Of a stretch of 64,000 bases of DNA, positions 37,514 through 48,300 are shown piece after piece. Positions within the stretch are counted from its first letter, which is position 1; each line of letters starts with the position of its first letter. Under the pieces are notes generated by a model, which was not told the DNA's origin, did not search any database, and saw only the letters and a list, made by a program, of their open reading frames with translations. Origin of the DNA: Candidatus Sericytochromatia bacterium (GTDB lineage Bacteria; Cyanobacteriota; Sericytochromatia; S15B-MN24; UBA4093); the NCBI GenBank assembly GCA_036676495.1, contig JAKFCT010000029.1, positions 80,051 to 144,050 on the forward strand, written 5' to 3'. The translations under genes and the position numbers were made by a program.

Positions 37514-38338
37514 GTGAGCCTGATCCAACGCCTCCCGACGCGGGAAATCGGCTTCGGCCTCGCCCTGGTCCTTGCGGCCGGGGCCTTGGGCTGGGCCTCG
37601 GGCCGCACCGCCGTGCTCACCGAGGCCCTCAAGCCCGGCTGGACCCTCATGCAGTCGGCGGTGACCGCCTTCCGCGGCGGCGCCGCCTACTTCCAGGACC
37701 TCGAGGAGCTGCGCCGGGAAAACGCCCAGTTGCAGCAGGCCCTCACCCTGGCCGAGTCCGACCTGGCCCGCCGCATGGAAGTCGACTCCCAAAACAAGCG
37801 CCTCTCGCAGCTCGTCTCGCTCTCCCAGGAACACGGCGGCAAGGGAGTGGCGGCGCAGGTCGTGGCGCGCACCCCCGACAACTGGCGCAAGCGCCTGGTG
37901 GTCAACCGCGGCACCCAGGACGGCATCGGCACCGACTCCGTGGTCATGAGCCCCCGCGGCCTGATCGGCCGGGTGCTGGTCGCCGGCCCCCATACCTCCA
38001 TCATCTCCCTCTTGACCGACCCCGGGCAGACCGTGGCCAGCCTGGATCAGCGCTCGCGCTCGCCCGGCATCGTGACCGGCGAAGGCGACGCCACCCTGGC
38101 CGTTCGCTACATGCCCCAGCAGGTCGACTTCCGGATCGGAGACCTGGTGCTCACCTCCGGCTTCGGCGGCGTCTTCCCCAAGGGCATCCCCGTGGGCAAG
38201 GTGGTCCGCGTCGACCAGCGGCCGGGCGCCATCACCCCCGAGGTCACGATCGTCCCCACCGCCGACCTCGACCGGATCGAAGAGGTCCTGATCTTCCCGC
38301 CCCTGGCCCCGATCGCCCTCCCCCCGCTCTCGAGTTAG
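37514..38338 (+). CDS. mreC: Rod shape-determining protein MreC
   Basis: TM, coiled coil LRRENAQL, GLIGRV, TSGFGGVFPKGIPVG. Confidence 0.93.
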   Translation: MSLIQRLPTREIGFGLALVLAAGALGWASGRTAVLTEALKPGWTLMQSAVTAFRGGAAYFQDLEELRRENAQLQQALTLAESDLARRMEVDSQNKRLSQLVSLSQEHGGKGVAAQVVARTPDNWRKRLVVNRGTQDGIGTDSVVMSPRGLIGRVLVAGPHTSIISLLTDPGQTVASLDQRSRSPGIVTGEGDATLAVRYMPQQVDFRIGDLVLTSGFGGVFPKGIPVGKVVRVDQRPGAITPEVTIVPTADLDRIEEVLIFPPLAPIALPPLSS

Positions 38339-38339
38339 C

Positions 38340-38840
38340 ATGAGAATCGCCGCCGCCGCCCTCCTGATCCTCCTTGGTGCCTGGCTCCAGGGATCCCCCC
38401 TCAACGATCTGCTCACCTGGCAGCTCGATCTCCTGCTGGCCATCACCATCTCCTGGGCCGTCGGCACGGGACCGCGCGGGGGCCTGGCCGTCGGATTCGC
38501 CGCCGGCGCCGTCCAGGACGTGCTCATCGGCGGGGGGATGACCTATGCCATCCTCAAGGGAGTGATCGGCCTCGCGGCCGGCGGCCTGCGCCCCTTCCTG
38601 CATGACCGGCAAGGCATGATCGTGACCCCCCTGATCGTCCTCTTCAGCCTGCTCCAGGACGGCGCCGTCGCCCTCCTGCTCGGCATGCAAGGCTTCGGCA
38701 TGCCCTGGAGCCAGCAGATGGCGATCGCCCTCCCCGTGGCCGCCGGCAGCGCCCTCCTGGGCTGGCCCCTCTCCCTGGGCATCCGCTGGATCCTTCACCG
38801 CACCCGCAACCCCTGGGCCCTCCGGGAGGCCCAGTCGTGA
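38340..38840 (+). CDS. mreD: Rod shape-determining protein MreD
   Basis: Hydrophobic 166 aa with GFAAGAVQD, located between mreC and mrdA. Confidence 0.85.
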   Translation: MRIAAAALLILLGAWLQGSPLNDLLTWQLDLLLAITISWAVGTGPRGGLAVGFAAGAVQDVLIGGGMTYAILKGVIGLAAGGLRPFLHDRQGMIVTPLIVLFSLLQDGAVALLLGMQGFGMPWSQQMAIALPVAAGSALLGWPLSLGIRWILHRTRNPWALREAQS

Positions 38841-40633
38841 ACGGAGTCGTCCCCGGACGCTTCCCCGCGTTCATCGCCGTCGCGGTGATGGCGGCCTCGG
38901 TCATCGCCTTCCGCCTGGTCCAGCTGCAAGTCTTCAGCAACGAGCAGTACCTCGAGCGCGCGGAAGGCAACCGCCTCCGCATCAACCTGCTGGCCGCCCC
39001 CCGCGGGCAGATCCGCGACCGCAACGGCCAGATCCTGGCCACCAGCCGGCTCTCCTACCAGATCGCCTTGCACCCCGTGCAGCTCAAGAAGGAGCAGCGC
39101 GTCGAGGTCGCCGACCGCCTCGCCGCCATCCTCAACCTGCCCCCCGAAGAGCTGCGCGCCAAGCTCAAGCGCAAGGGCCCCTCCGCGCTTCCCATCCCCA
39201 TGCTCGACGACGTCGACGAGACCGTCATCGCCCGGGTCGCCGAGCACCAGCGCGAGCTTCCCGGCGTCTCCATCGACCCGGTCGTCGTGCGTTACTACCC
39301 CCGAGGGGCCTTCGCCTCGCATGTCATCGGGTATACCGGCGAAGTCACCGAGCGCGAGCTTGAGAAGATGACCGATCAAGGCTACCGGGCGGGTGATATA
39401 ATCGGGAAGATGGGGATCGAGAAGGTTTTCGACACCCATCTGCGCGGCATTCCGGGGCGCCAGCAGGTCGAAGTGGACGCCAGAGGCCGGCCCATGCGGA
39501 AACTGGCGGAGGTCCCGCCGGTTCCAGGCCGGGATCTCACGCTCACGATCGACGCCAAGCTGCAGGCGGCAGCCGAAGATGCTCTGGGAGACCGGAAGGG
39601 TTCGGTCGTCGTCCTGGAGCCCTTCAGCGGGGAGGTACTGGCGCTGGCGTCGAACCCTGACTTCGACCCCAACGTCTTCGCGACCCGGCTGACCCCCAAG
39701 GCATGGCGAGAGATCAACAGTCCCTCCCGCCCGCTCTTGAACCGCGCCATCTCGAGCGTCTACCCGCCGGGCTCGATCTACAAGATCGTCACCCACGCGG
39801 CGGCCATGGAGGAGGGCTTCGCCAACGCGAACTCGCGTTACAACTCGACGGGCGTGTTCTACGTCGGCTCCAAGCTCTTCCGCGACTGGAAGCCCGGCGG
39901 CTTCGGACGGGTCGAGTTCAAGGAAGGGCTCGTCAAGTCGATCGACACGATCTACTACGAGCTGGGACTCAAGATGGGCCCCGATCGCATGAAGCGCTAC
40001 TCCCACATGTTCGGCTTCGGCGAGAAGACCGGCATCATCCTGCCCTCGGAGAAGGACGGGCTGATCCCGGACGGGAAGTGGAAGCGGAAGGCGCTCAAGG
40101 AAAAATGGTATCCCGGCGACTCGGTCAACATGTCGACGGGCCAAGGCTACGTCCAGGTCTCGACGATCCAGGCCGCCGTCGAGATTGCCACGGTCGCCAA
40201 CCAAGGCAAGGTCATGCGCCCGGTGCTGGTTCGCAGCCCGGAGGGGCTCGATCCGGTGGAGGTTCGCAAGACCCTCACCCTCAAGCCCGAGACCTGGAAG
40301 ATGCTTCACACGGCCCTGGCCGAGACGGTCTCTCGCGGAACGGCCGGTGCCGCCCGGATCCCGGGCTACCCGGCGGCAGGCAAAACCGGCTCGGCGGAGG
40401 CCATCAAGGGGAAGCCCACGCACGCTTGGTTCGTCGCCTACGCCCCGACGGACAAGCCCAAGCTGGCCGTCGCCGTCATGCTCGAGATGGCGGGCGGTGG
40501 GGGCGCGGTGGCAGGCCCGGTGGCCGGTCACCTGCTCCGGACCTACTTCGGGGTGCCGGATCCCAACGCGAAGGCGGCGAGCGGCTCGGCCGTGCCGGCG
40601 GCACCGCCGGCGGCAACGGGGGCGAGCGATTAG
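38837..40633 (+). CDS. mrdA: Penicillin-binding protein 2
   Basis: APRGQIRDRNG, RYYP, YPPGSIYK (SxxK), KTG. Confidence 0.95.
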   Translation: MNGVVPGRFPAFIAVAVMAASVIAFRLVQLQVFSNEQYLERAEGNRLRINLLAAPRGQIRDRNGQILATSRLSYQIALHPVQLKKEQRVEVADRLAAILNLPPEELRAKLKRKGPSALPIPMLDDVDETVIARVAEHQRELPGVSIDPVVVRYYPRGAFASHVIGYTGEVTERELEKMTDQGYRAGDIIGKMGIEKVFDTHLRGIPGRQQVEVDARGRPMRKLAEVPPVPGRDLTLTIDAKLQAAAEDALGDRKGSVVVLEPFSGEVLALASNPDFDPNVFATRLTPKAWREINSPSRPLLNRAISSVYPPGSIYKIVTHAAAMEEGFANANSRYNSTGVFYVGSKLFRDWKPGGFGRVEFKEGLVKSIDTIYYELGLKMGPDRMKRYSHMFGFGEKTGIILPSEKDGLIPDGKWKRKALKEKWYPGDSVNMSTGQGYVQVSTIQAAVEIATVANQGKVMRPVLVRSPEGLDPVEVRKTLTLKPETWKMLHTALAETVSRGTAGAARIPGYPAAGKTGSAEAIKGKPTHAWFVAYAPTDKPKLAVAVMLEMAGGGGAVAGPVAGHLLRTYFGVPDPNAKAASGSAVPAAPPAATGASD

Positions 40634-40679
40634 CGCGACCTTAGCTCTAAGGTAGTTTTTGATCAAGGGAGGACTTATC

Positions 40680-41378
40680 GTGTCGGGTGAAATTGCAGTC
40701 AAGGGTTGGCGGAATGGCCTGCTGCTCGTCCTGCCGGCGGAAGGCCCGTGGACCGAGGTGGTCTCGGGCCTCGAGGACAAGCTCGAGGAGGCCAAGACCA
40801 AGACCTTCTGGCAAGGAGCCCAGACGACGCTCGATCTGGGCGATCGCCCCGTCTCGGAGCCCGAGCTCGAATCGCTGATCGGCCGCCTCAAGGGCGATTA
40901 CGGCCTCGTGCCCATGGCCATCGTCGCGGCCTACGCCCCCACCCGGGACGGCGCCAGCAAGCTCGGCCTCACCCCGCATGACAAGCTCCCGGCTCCCGAG
41001 AAGGTCGAGAAGACCGAGAAGCCCGACAACGAGGCGCCCGCGTTCCCCCCGAACAACGCCCTCTACCTCCGGCAGACCGTGCGCTCCGGCCAGCGCCTCC
41101 AGCATGACGGTCACCTCGTCATCTCCGGCGACGTCAACGCCGGGGCCGAGGTCGTCGCCGGCGGCGACATCGTGGTCTTCGGCACCCTGCGCGGGGTGGC
41201 CCACGCCGGCGCGTCCGGAGACGAAGGCGCCCGCATCATCGCCACCAACCTGCGCCCCACCCAGATCCGCATCGCCGGCCTGATCGCCCGCTCTCCGGAC
41301 GCCGGAGCGCCCCCCCTCAGCAAGTCTCCGGAAATCGCCTCCATCAAGGACGGCGAAATCCACATCTCTCCCCTTTAA
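40680..41378 (+). CDS. minC: Septum site-determining protein MinC
   Basis: TVRSGQ, GDVNAGAEVVAGGDIVVFGTLRGVAHAG. GTG 40680 follows GGGAGG. Confidence 0.93.
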   Translation: MSGEIAVKGWRNGLLLVLPAEGPWTEVVSGLEDKLEEAKTKTFWQGAQTTLDLGDRPVSEPELESLIGRLKGDYGLVPMAIVAAYAPTRDGASKLGLTPHDKLPAPEKVEKTEKPDNEAPAFPPNNALYLRQTVRSGQRLQHDGHLVISGDVNAGAEVVAGGDIVVFGTLRGVAHAGASGDEGARIIATNLRPTQIRIAGLIARSPDAGAPPLSKSPEIASIKDGEIHISPL

Positions 41379-41405
41379 CCGGGACCAACAGGAGGAACCA
41401 ACGCA

Positions 41406-42215
41406 ATGTCTACCGCAAAGGTAATCGTCATCACGTCCGGAAAGGGAGGGGTCGGCAAGACCACCACCACCGCGAACCTGGGCATGGCGCTGGCGTCGAT
41501 GGGGGAGAAGGTCGCCCTCTTGGATGCTGATATCGGGCTGCGCAACCTCGACCTGGTCCTCGGCCTCGAGAACCGCATCGTCTACGACATCGTCGATGTC
41601 GTCGAAGGCCGCTGCAAGCTGCGCTCGGCCCTCATCAAGGACAAGCGCATGCAGAACCTCGGCCTCCTGCCCGCGGCCCAGACCCGCGACAAGAACGCCG
41701 TCACCCCCGAGCAGATGATCCAGCTCGTCGCCGACCTCCAGGAGGAAGGCTACACCTTCATCCTGATCGACTGCCCCGCCGGCATCGAACAGGGCTTCAA
41801 GAACGCCACCGCCGGGGCCAACCAGGCCATCGTCGTCACCAACCCCGAGGTCTCCTCGGTCCGTGACGCCGACCGGATCGTCGGCCTCCTCGAAGCCCAG
41901 GAGCTGCGCGATCCCATGCTGATCGTCAACCGCCTCCGCCCCAAGATGGTCAAGAACAACGAGATGCTCGGCGTCGAGGACGTTCAAGAGGTGCTCGGCA
42001 ACTCGGTCAAGCTTTTGGGCATCGTCCCGGATGACGAGACCATCATCACCTCCACCAACAAGGGCGAACCCGCCTCCCTCATCGAGGACTCCAAGGCCGG
42101 CCAGGCCTACCGGAACATCGCTCGCCGCCTCCGGGGCGAAGAGGTCCCCTTCATGAACCTCGAGGAAGACAACAGCTTCTTCGGCAAGATCAAGAAGTTC
42201 TTCGTCGCAGGCTAG
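41406..42215 (+). CDS. minD: Septum site-determining ATPase MinD
   Basis: SGKGGVGKTT, DIGLRNLD, DCPAGIEQGF, C-terminal amphipathic FFGKIKKFF. Confidence 0.98.
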   Translation: MSTAKVIVITSGKGGVGKTTTTANLGMALASMGEKVALLDADIGLRNLDLVLGLENRIVYDIVDVVEGRCKLRSALIKDKRMQNLGLLPAAQTRDKNAVTPEQMIQLVADLQEEGYTFILIDCPAGIEQGFKNATAGANQAIVVTNPEVSSVRDADRIVGLLEAQELRDPMLIVNRLRPKMVKNNEMLGVEDVQEVLGNSVKLLGIVPDDETIITSTNKGEPASLIEDSKAGQAYRNIARRLRGEEVPFMNLEEDNSFFGKIKKFFVAG

Positions 42216-42235
42216 ACCAGGAAGGAGAGAGTCCC

Positions 42236-42535
42236 ATGTTCCCGTCATTCCTCGAGAAGTTGCTCGGCAAGACCGATAACTCGGCCAAGACCGTCGCCAA
42301 GGACCGCCTCCGGCTCGTCCTCATGCACGATCGCGCCGACATCCCCGGTCCCATGATGGAAGAGATGCGCAAGGAACTGCTCACCGTCCTCTCGAAGTAC
42401 GTCGAGATCGACGAGAGCGCCCTCGAGGTCAGCCTCGACCGCGCCGACGACACCGTCGCCTTGATGGCCAACATCCCCATCCGCCGCGTCCGCCCCGAGA
42501 AGATCGAAGCGAACGAGGCCGAGCTCAAGGCCTAG
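42236..42535 (+). CDS. minE: Cell division topological specificity factor MinE
   Basis: SAKTVAKDRLRLVLMHDR, LMANIPI. Confidence 0.95.
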   Translation: MFPSFLEKLLGKTDNSAKTVAKDRLRLVLMHDRADIPGPMMEEMRKELLTVLSKYVEIDESALEVSLDRADDTVALMANIPIRRVRPEKIEANEAELKA

Positions 42536-42615
42536 CGCAACCCCTCGCAGGCGCCTGCGCTCGCCGTTCGCGCCTGCGGCCACCTGGTTACGACCGCTAG
42601 AAGGACAGGTACCCC

Positions 42616-43875
42616 GTGATCCTCCCGAACCTCAGCCGATCCTGGAGGCATTTCGACGTCTGGCTCATGCTGGGCGTCATCGGGGTGATCGCCTTCGGCA
42701 TCGTCGCCATCTACTCGGCCAACCCCCGGGCGGCCTTCCAGCAACTGGCCATCAACCTCCCCATGGCCCTCGTCCCCTTCTCGCTCTTCGTGCTCTGGGG
42801 CTACAACTGGCTGGAGGGACGCACCGCCTGGATCCTCTACGGCGTCATGGTCGTGCTCCTGATCGCCGTCGACGTCACGGGCCACTCGGCGCTGGGCGCC
42901 CAGCGCTGGCTCTCCATCGGCCCCGTCAAGATCCAGCCCTCCGAGTACGCCAAGCTGGGCCTGATCGTCATCCTCGCCAAGGTCCTCTCCCAGCGCAGCG
43001 TCCACTCTCCGGAAGGCTTCATGATCCCCATGCTCACCGTGGGAGTGCCCTTCCTCCTGATCTTCGCCCAGCCCGACCTCGGCACCTCCCTGGTCTTCGT
43101 CGCCATCACCCTCGGCATGCTCTTCTGGGCCGGCCTCCCCGTCTCGACCCTCTTCAAGATGGTCTCCCCCGTCGTCGCCCTCATCATCTGCATGCCCCAG
43201 GTCCTCTTCGAAGACCCCAACGTCTATCGCGCCAGCCTGATCCTCCTCAGCGTCTACCTCGGCGGCCTCGGCCTCTGGCTCTGGCAGACCCGCAAGCAGC
43301 ACTGGCTCGTCCCCGCGGGAGTCTGGCTCGCCAACCTCGGCGCGGGCCTCGCCGTCCCCGTCGCATGGGGCATCCTCAAGGAGTACCAGAAGAACCGCAT
43401 CCGCACCTTCGTCAGCCCGGAAGCGGATCCCCTGGGCACGGGCTACCACGTCATCCAGTCCAAGATCGCCATCGGCTCGGGCGGACTCTTCGGCAAGGGC
43501 CTCCTGGAAGGCACCCAGACCCAGCTTCACTTCATCCCCGAACAGCACACGGACTTCGTCTTCTCGGTGGTGGGAGAGGAGATGGGACTGCTCGGAGGCC
43601 TGCTCCTGCTCGCCCTCTACGTGACCGTGATCATCCGGGCCATCCTCATCGCCAACAACGCCAAGGACCGCTTCGGCTCGCTCCTCGCCAGCGGCGTCGC
43701 CTCGATGCTGCTCTTCCACATGTTCGTGAACCTCTGCATGGCCATGGGGCTCATGCCGGTGGTCGGCATCCCGCTTCCCATGATGAGCTACGGCGGCTCG
43801 GCCTTGATGACCAACCTCACCGCCATCGGCCTGCTTCAAGCTATCAGCATGCGGCGAAAGAAGCTGCTCTTCTAG
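42616..43875 (+). CDS. rodA: Rod shape-determining SEDS protein RodA
   Basis: GAQRW, IQPSEYAK, QPDLGT, IPEQHTDF, GIPLPMMSYGGS. Confidence 0.95.
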   Translation: MILPNLSRSWRHFDVWLMLGVIGVIAFGIVAIYSANPRAAFQQLAINLPMALVPFSLFVLWGYNWLEGRTAWILYGVMVVLLIAVDVTGHSALGAQRWLSIGPVKIQPSEYAKLGLIVILAKVLSQRSVHSPEGFMIPMLTVGVPFLLIFAQPDLGTSLVFVAITLGMLFWAGLPVSTLFKMVSPVVALIICMPQVLFEDPNVYRASLILLSVYLGGLGLWLWQTRKQHWLVPAGVWLANLGAGLAVPVAWGILKEYQKNRIRTFVSPEADPLGTGYHVIQSKIAIGSGGLFGKGLLEGTQTQLHFIPEQHTDFVFSVVGEEMGLLGGLLLLALYVTVIIRAILIANNAKDRFGSLLASGVASMLLFHMFVNLCMAMGLMPVVGIPLPMMSYGGSALMTNLTAIGLLQAISMRRKKLLF

Positions 43876-43919
43876 GCTATAATGAGTGCCTCCGGGCCAC
43901 GCTCGAAGGGATAGCTTCC

Positions 43920-45176
43920 ATGCCCCACCCGCTCTGGCTGGGCGTCCTCATCGCCCTCTTCATGACCACGGCCTGCGCCCCCCGCCTTACCCCGATCGCC
44001 TGGGACGAGGATCGTCCCATCATCGGCTCGGATCTCCGGCGGGTGATTGCATCGTCCAGCCGGCTTCCCGTCACCACCAACAACTACGTCCGCTTCCACC
44101 ACGGAGGCGAGGCGGCGCATGACGCGATCTTCCGCCTGATCGAAGACGCCCAGGCCTCGCTGTACGTCGAGATGTTCATCTTCCGCGACGATCCGACGGG
44201 CCGCGAGGTCGCCGACGCCCTGATCCAGCGGCGCCGGGACGGAGTCGACGTCCGGGTCCGCCTCGACTCGCTCGGCATCGAGTACGGCCGCACCGATTAC
44301 CGCATCATGAACCGGCTCAAGGAAGGCGGGGTCTCCGTCCAGATCAACAACCCCTGGTACCTGAGCCCGTTCGGCTTCAACGTCACCCACCGCAAGCTCT
44401 TCATCGCGGACGGCTACCGGGTCCTCACCGGCGGCGTCAACATCGGGGACGATTACCGCTACCGCTACGAAGATGTGATGATCGAGGTCTGGGGAGCCGC
44501 TGCCCGCCAGATCACCCTCACCTTCGCCGATTCCTGGGGCGAGGACCTGCTCGCCCGCTGGAAGGAGCCCCCCACCGTGGACGTCCAAAACGTCTCCGCC
44601 GGCACGCTGGTCGTTCCCTGGGGAGACGAGCCCCTCCAGGTCGCCCTGACCGCCCCTGGATCTCCGCTGGGCAACGAGATCCGCCGCGCCTACCTCTCGG
44701 CGATCAACGGCTCCCGCCACCATGTCGACGTGGCCTTCCCGTACCTCTGGGACGATGCCCTGATCGAGGCGCTCGCAAGAGCCTGCCAGCGCGGAGTCCG
44801 CGTGCGCGTGCTCCTGCCCGACTGGACCAGCTACGACATCTTCCATCTCCTCAACGTGAGCAACGCCCAGGCCCTCGCCGCCGCGGGAGCTCAGGTCTCC
44901 ACGTACCGCGAACGCTTCCTGCATCTCAAGTACCTGGCCATCGACGATGCCTGGGCCAGCATCGGCTCCGCCAACGGAGACACCCGCTCCTTGGTCGAGA
45001 ACCTCGAGCTCAATCTCTTCTTTCACAAGGATGCGACCGCCCGGACGCTTCGCAGCTCGATCTTCGAGCGGCTCTGGAGCGCGTCGAGCCGGGCCGATCA
45101 GCCGGCTTCCTTCGCCATCCCCTCCGAGCGCCAGTGGCTCGTCCCCCTGCTCGAAGGACTCGATCACTGGTTCTAA
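43920..45176 (+). CDS. Phospholipase D / cardiolipin synthase-like protein
   Basis: Two HKD motifs (HRKLFIAD, HLKYLAID). Start 43920 lies after rodA, with TATAAT upstream. Possible lipobox TTAC. Confidence 0.88.
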   Translation: MPHPLWLGVLIALFMTTACAPRLTPIAWDEDRPIIGSDLRRVIASSSRLPVTTNNYVRFHHGGEAAHDAIFRLIEDAQASLYVEMFIFRDDPTGREVADALIQRRRDGVDVRVRLDSLGIEYGRTDYRIMNRLKEGGVSVQINNPWYLSPFGFNVTHRKLFIADGYRVLTGGVNIGDDYRYRYEDVMIEVWGAAARQITLTFADSWGEDLLARWKEPPTVDVQNVSAGTLVVPWGDEPLQVALTAPGSPLGNEIRRAYLSAINGSRHHVDVAFPYLWDDALIEALARACQRGVRVRVLLPDWTSYDIFHLLNVSNAQALAAAGAQVSTYRERFLHLKYLAIDDAWASIGSANGDTRSLVENLELNLFFHKDATARTLRSSIFERLWSASSRADQPASFAIPSERQWLVPLLEGLDHWF

Positions 45177-45241
45177 GCGGGTCTTGTTCGAAATGGACGT
45201 CTGGTTGCCTTGTGCAAGTTTGAGGAGAGGCGCAACCCATC

Positions 45242-45297
45242 CGTCACTCCCGCGAAAGCGGGAGTCCAGCTGGATTCCCGCTTTCGCGGGAATGACG
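45242..45297. repeat. 56-bp palindromic REP/dRS3-like element
   Basis: CGTCACTCCCGCGAAAGCGGGAGTCCAG|CTGGATTCCCGCTTTCGCGGGAATGACG; contains ATTCCC-N8-GGGAAT. Confidence 0.8.
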
Positions 45298-45378
45298 ACC
45301 AGGGCGCGTTTCCTTCAGCAATCAGACGTTCGGCGCGAACTGCTTCTGCTTAGCGCGATGGTCGTTGCGACAGGTCAG

Positions 45379-48300
45379 CTAGCGCTCGCTGTCGGCCACC
45401 GGCAGCGTGAAGCGAAACGTGCTGCCCTGGCCGGGAGTCGAGCTCACCTCGATCGTCCCGCCATGCGCCTCCACCAGGCTCTTGGTGATCGAGAGCCCCA
45501 GGCCCGTGCCGCCCGCCTTCTTGCCCGCCTCTGACTGGTAGAAGCGCTCGAACATGTGCGGCAGGTCCTTCCGAGGAATCCCCACCCCGGAATCGGAAAC
45601 CTCGGTCACGACCATGAGGCCCTCCAGATACGCCCGCACGCGGATGCGCCCCCCCTCCGGAGTGAACTTCAGCGCGTTGGAGAGCAGGTTGCTGAGGATC
45701 TGGATCACCCGGTCCGGATCCGCCTGGACGAGCGGAAGATCCGGAGCGAGCTCGACGGCGACGTCGAGGTTCTTCTTGGCCATGGCGGGCCGGAAGGTGT
45801 TGACCGCGCTGTTGAGGACGTCCGAGTAGGCCATCGGGCGAGGGTCGATCTTGAACTTCCCGGCTTCCATGCGGGCAAAGTCCAGGAGCTCGTTGAGCAG
45901 GCCCGTCATCCGCTCCGCCTGCTGGGTGATCTGCTGGGCGAAGTCCATCTGCTCGGCGCTGAGGGTTCCCCCCACCCCGTCCTCGAGGAACTCCGCGTAG
46001 CCCATGATGCCCGTCAAGGGGATGCGCAGGTCATGGGAGACGGCGTTGAGGAAGGCGCCCTTGACCCGGTCGAGGTTTCGCAGCTCGTCGATGGCCTTGG
46101 AGAGCTTCTCGTTGGCCTGCGCGAGGCGGTCCCGCTCTTGGGCCAGCTCCTCGGTCCGCAGCCTCACCCGATCCTCGAGGTCGGCCTTGAGCATCGCGTT
46201 CGAGAGGGCGATCGCCAGCTCGTTGGCCATGACCCCCATCACCCGCAGGAACGCCTCCGAGAGATGAACGGTCTGGGCCTTGACCCCGATGGCCAGGACC
46301 CCCAGAAGCTCGTTCTCGAAGACGATGGGGATGTAGGCCACTTCCCGGCAATTCGACGCTCGGAGCAACGGATCGGTCGCGGCTTCCGGCTCTCCCGCCC
46401 TGATCAGGCGACTCTCCCGACGATGCAGGGCCTCGTAAAGGGCCGTGCCTGCGACCGGCTCCAGGCCGGCCGAGGTCAGCTTGAAGCCTTGGTCGCAAGC
46501 CAGGCGAAGCGACCCGCCGTCCACCAGGAGAACCGCCACATGGTCGAGGTGGAATTCCTCCTGGATGAGCTGGCAGATGGCGCGCGTCAGGGTCGGGGTT
46601 TCCGTCTCCGTCACCAGGATCTCGGCCGCTTCGTTGAGGAAGGAGAGCTCTCTCAGGCGTCTCGCCAGCTCCTCCTGGTTGGCCTGAAGGCTTTCCTCCA
46701 GCTCCTGAAACGCCTCCATGACGTCCGGGAGGAGTTGCTCGGAGACCGGGAAGCGGTCCTGAACGATGCGGCTCGCGCCATCGTGGCCCAGCGGGCCCCT
46801 CAGCACCCGCTCGAGCCCGTTTCGGATCATCAGGAGCTTGGACTCGCCGGGCAGGTCGAGATCCGCGATGCGCGACTGGATGCTGCGGGCCTCGGCTTCT
46901 GCCCGCTCGTCCCCCATGAAGGCGCTCAGGAACTCCTGGACGTCTCCAGGATTGAGGACCGCCCGGAGCTGCTGCTGGGAAGGCAAGGGTGAGGCCTCCC
47001 CCTCCAGCAAGCTCCGGACCCGTGCTTCCTCGACACGATTCTCCGGCATGCGCAGCGCGAGGAGGAAGGTGGCCGCGAGGTTCATCGCGATGCTCCAGAA
47101 GAAGCAGTGGGCGTACGGATCCCAGCCGGTCATCCCGAAGAGGGCCGTGGGGCGCAGAAAGGCCAGGCCCCAGGGCCCGTTCGACATCACGGCGTCGAGG
47201 CCCGGGTACGCCTCGGCGACCACCGGGAGGATGCCGGTGTAGAGCCAGGTTGCCAGACCGAGGGCATTTCCCCAGAGGACCGCCGGGCCCTGAAGCCGGG
47301 GAAAGAGCAACCCGAGCAAGACGGCGGGGGCGACCAGCGCCGTCGCGATCATGGCGAGGAAGCCGTATTGACTGAGGTAATCGAGGCGGGTGAAGGTCCA
47401 GACCCCCCAGGCCAGGAAGGCGAGCAGCGCGATGATCGCCCAGCGGATCGGGCGCAGCCAAGGGGCGAGCCGGGCTCCCATCCCGGAAAGGGGCGGCAGG
47501 ACCAGGTTGGTCATGATCAGATTCGCCAGCGCGGTGAGGGAGACGATCATCATCGAGGCGGACGCCGAGACCCCTCCCAGGTAGCCGACCACGGCCATGG
47601 TGGGTGCCCCGGCCAGTTCGGGAACCCAGATCGCAACCCCTTCGAGCTCCCCCCCCACGAGGCCGAGCCGGGCTCCGGCCCATGCGATCAAGGTCGCGAA
47701 GACCGTGAGGAGGACCGTCAAGAGCGGGAAGATCCAGCGGGCCCAAAGGAGCTGCCGCTCGCTGACGTTCTCCACCACCGTCAGGTGGAACATCCGGGGC
47801 AGGAGGATGGCGGTGGTCATGCCGATCATGAGGTAGGCGATGCTGGCCGGGTAGGGGTTTGCAGGGGGACCGATCTCCAGGGTGGGCCAGGCCGCGCTCG
47901 CGCGAAACAGCTCGGGAAAGCTGACGACGACCAGCAGGGCCACGGCTCCCAGGGCCGCGAGCTTGACGACTCCATCCAGGGCGACGGCGACGACGATGCC
48001 TTCGTGGCGCTCCGTGGGATCCGTTCGGCGCGCCCCGAAGAGGATGGCGAACGCCGCCGCCGCCAGGGCCAGGAGCAGGCCCCCGAGGCCGGTCGTCGGG
48101 GCGGGCGGAACGTTCGGCTCGACGATCAAGAGGTAGCTCGCATTGCTGACGGCGGAGAATTGCAGCGCGAGGTAGAAAAGCGCCCCGGCGATCAGCTGGG
48201 ACGAGACCAGCAGCTTCAGGGGGAGAGAGGGCCCGTAGCGAAGGGTGAGGAGCTCGGGCAAGGTGGTGATGCGCTGCTCCTGGCTGATGCGGATGATCTT

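Noticed and set aside
43365-43919. Long N-terminal extension of the PLD ORF
   Set aside because: Overlaps rodA in another frame; ATG 43920 gives a signal-like N-terminus.
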